Shown here piece after piece: positions 62,763 to 64,000 of a stretch of DNA of 64,000 nucleotides (within the stretch, counting starts at the first letter, position 1; the number at the start of each line of letters is the position of its first letter). Both the position numbers and the translations under genes were made by a program. This DNA is from Candidatus Zhuqueibacterota bacterium (lineage in GTDB: Bacteria > Zhuqueibacterota > Zhuqueibacteria > Residuimicrobiales > Krinioviventaceae), in NCBI GenBank assembly GCA_016928775.1, contig JAFGKD010000078.1:45396-109395 (forward strand), in the 5' to 3' direction. The notes beneath the pieces are model-generated. The model was not told the origin of the DNA. It saw nothing but the letters and a program-made list of their open reading frames with translations, and did no database searches.

Positions 62763-63467
62763 ATGAAAAAGAAAATCCTTTCCGTTGTGCTCAGCCTTGT
62801 TTTGTTGTCCTGCACATCCCGGCCGCAGCAGGAGGCACCGCAAACCATCAATCTGTTCAATGGCCATGACTTGAGTGGCTGGCACATTGACGTACCTGAA
62901 ATGGACAACAATCCGGAGGCGCCCACGCCATTTATTGTTCGCGACAGTCTGTTGGTCAGTTTGGGCAAACCCAATGGCCACCTTATCACAGATTCTGTTT
63001 ACCAGGATTATCGTTTGCGGGTTGAGTATCGTTTTGCCAATGAGCCGGGCAACTGCGGCGTGCTGGTGCACGCCTCGAGACCGCGGGCCTTGTACAAGAT
63101 GTTTCCGAAATCGATCGAGGTGCAAATGATGCATGAAAACGCCGGCGACTTTTGGTGTATTGTCGAAGACATCACCGTGCCGGACATGGAGGCGCGTCGT
63201 GGGCCACAGCAAGAGTGGGGTATCACCGAGGGCAAAAAAAGGCGCATCCTCAATCTCACCGACGGCTCGGAAAATCCGGTTGGCGAGTGGAACAGCATGG
63301 TCATTGAATGCCTGAGCGATACAGTCAAGGTCTGGGTGAATGAAGATCTCGTCAACTATGGCACCAATGCCACTGCGTCTCGCGGGCAGATCGCTTTGCA
63401 AGCGGAAGGCTCGGAAGTCGAGTTTCGTACCGTGCAACTGACACCGATCACCGCGCTCACGCCATAA
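62763..63467 (+). CDS. DUF1080 lipoprotein
   Basis: LVLLSC lipobox; LFNGHDLSGW, GNCGVLVH, FPKSIEVQ, GEWN, IALQAEG.EVEFR. Confidence 0.9.
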   Translation: MKKKILSVVLSLVLLSCTSRPQQEAPQTINLFNGHDLSGWHIDVPEMDNNPEAPTPFIVRDSLLVSLGKPNGHLITDSVYQDYRLRVEYRFANEPGNCGVLVHASRPRALYKMFPKSIEVQMMHENAGDFWCIVEDITVPDMEARRGPQQEWGITEGKKRRILNLTDGSENPVGEWNSMVIECLSDTVKVWVNEDLVNYGTNATASRGQIALQAEGSEVEFRTVQLTPITALTP

Positions 63468-63477
63468 CAACGAAAAA

Positions 63478-63520
63478 CATATTGCTATTTGACGATACGA
63501 TTTGGTCAAATGGCAATATG
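63478..63520 (+). terminator. Hairpin just downstream of the DUF1080 gene
   Basis: CATATTGCTATTTGAC...GTCAAATGGCAATATG, 16-bp arms with one G-U pair; no clear U-tract. Confidence 0.4.
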
Positions 63521-64000
63521 ACAAAAAATGACCATAACGGCCATAAAAAACTGTTACGCAGAGTGAATTGTTTTAGGTAATTCATAACAAAGCAGCCTAA
63601 AGAGGGTTACTACAAGCTTTTTGATGCAGCAACTCGCCCCGCAGTCCTAAAAAATGTCGGGAAACGCTGGTTTATTCCGACCATTTACCTGTTTCACTGA
63701 ATCTTTTTTTAATGGCAGGCATCTATTTATCAAAATATTAAACAAGCAGGAATATTTATGGTATTATTTTTGTCTTGCTGATCTCTGCATAATATTTTGT
63801 AATTTCCTGCCGGCGTACTGGGAGTTAAGGGGAAGAAGAAAAGAGAGAGATAGTTACAGGCATACCAGATTCTGCTTCCTGATGTTTTTGCGTCCGATTT
63901 TTTAGCTATCTATGTTATATCGTGCTATCATGCAGACAACGCAAGGTGAGAGAGGCGTTGTTTTTATAATGGGATAGAATACAAAAAGTTAACAATTTCA

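Overview
A chromosomal window from a diderm bacterium, probably of the FCB group (KSB1/Calditrichota-like). This is inferred from four secreted proteins ending in a 'NYPNPFN' FlgD-Ig/Por-type sorting tail, an RprXY-like two-component system and an alpha2-type GlyRS. Housekeeping content: a partial lptD running off the left edge (missed by the ORF track), rarA, zwf-opcA-pgl-cysE, two hsp20 genes, an ABC-2 exporter, glyQS, gltBD and an Mrp-NifX fusion followed by a sigma54 activator. Accessory content: secreted multidomain proteins (CotH/LTD, DUF3160, arylsulfotransferase), sugar redox and lyase genes (Gfo/Idh/MocA, DUF1080, GH172), and a TonB receptor plus tandem beta-helix protein with a divergent CHAD gene that looks phosphate-regulated. 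I found no rRNA, tRNA, CRISPR array, transposase or phage gene. The most striking unexplained signal is a family of small modular hairpin elements in at least five intergenic regions that appear to insert into one another at a fixed target (TA|C(G/A)GAT). Other candidates are a structured gltB leader, two apparently circularly permuted domains and an internally deleted SpoIIE remnant. All calls were made by eye, without database searches.
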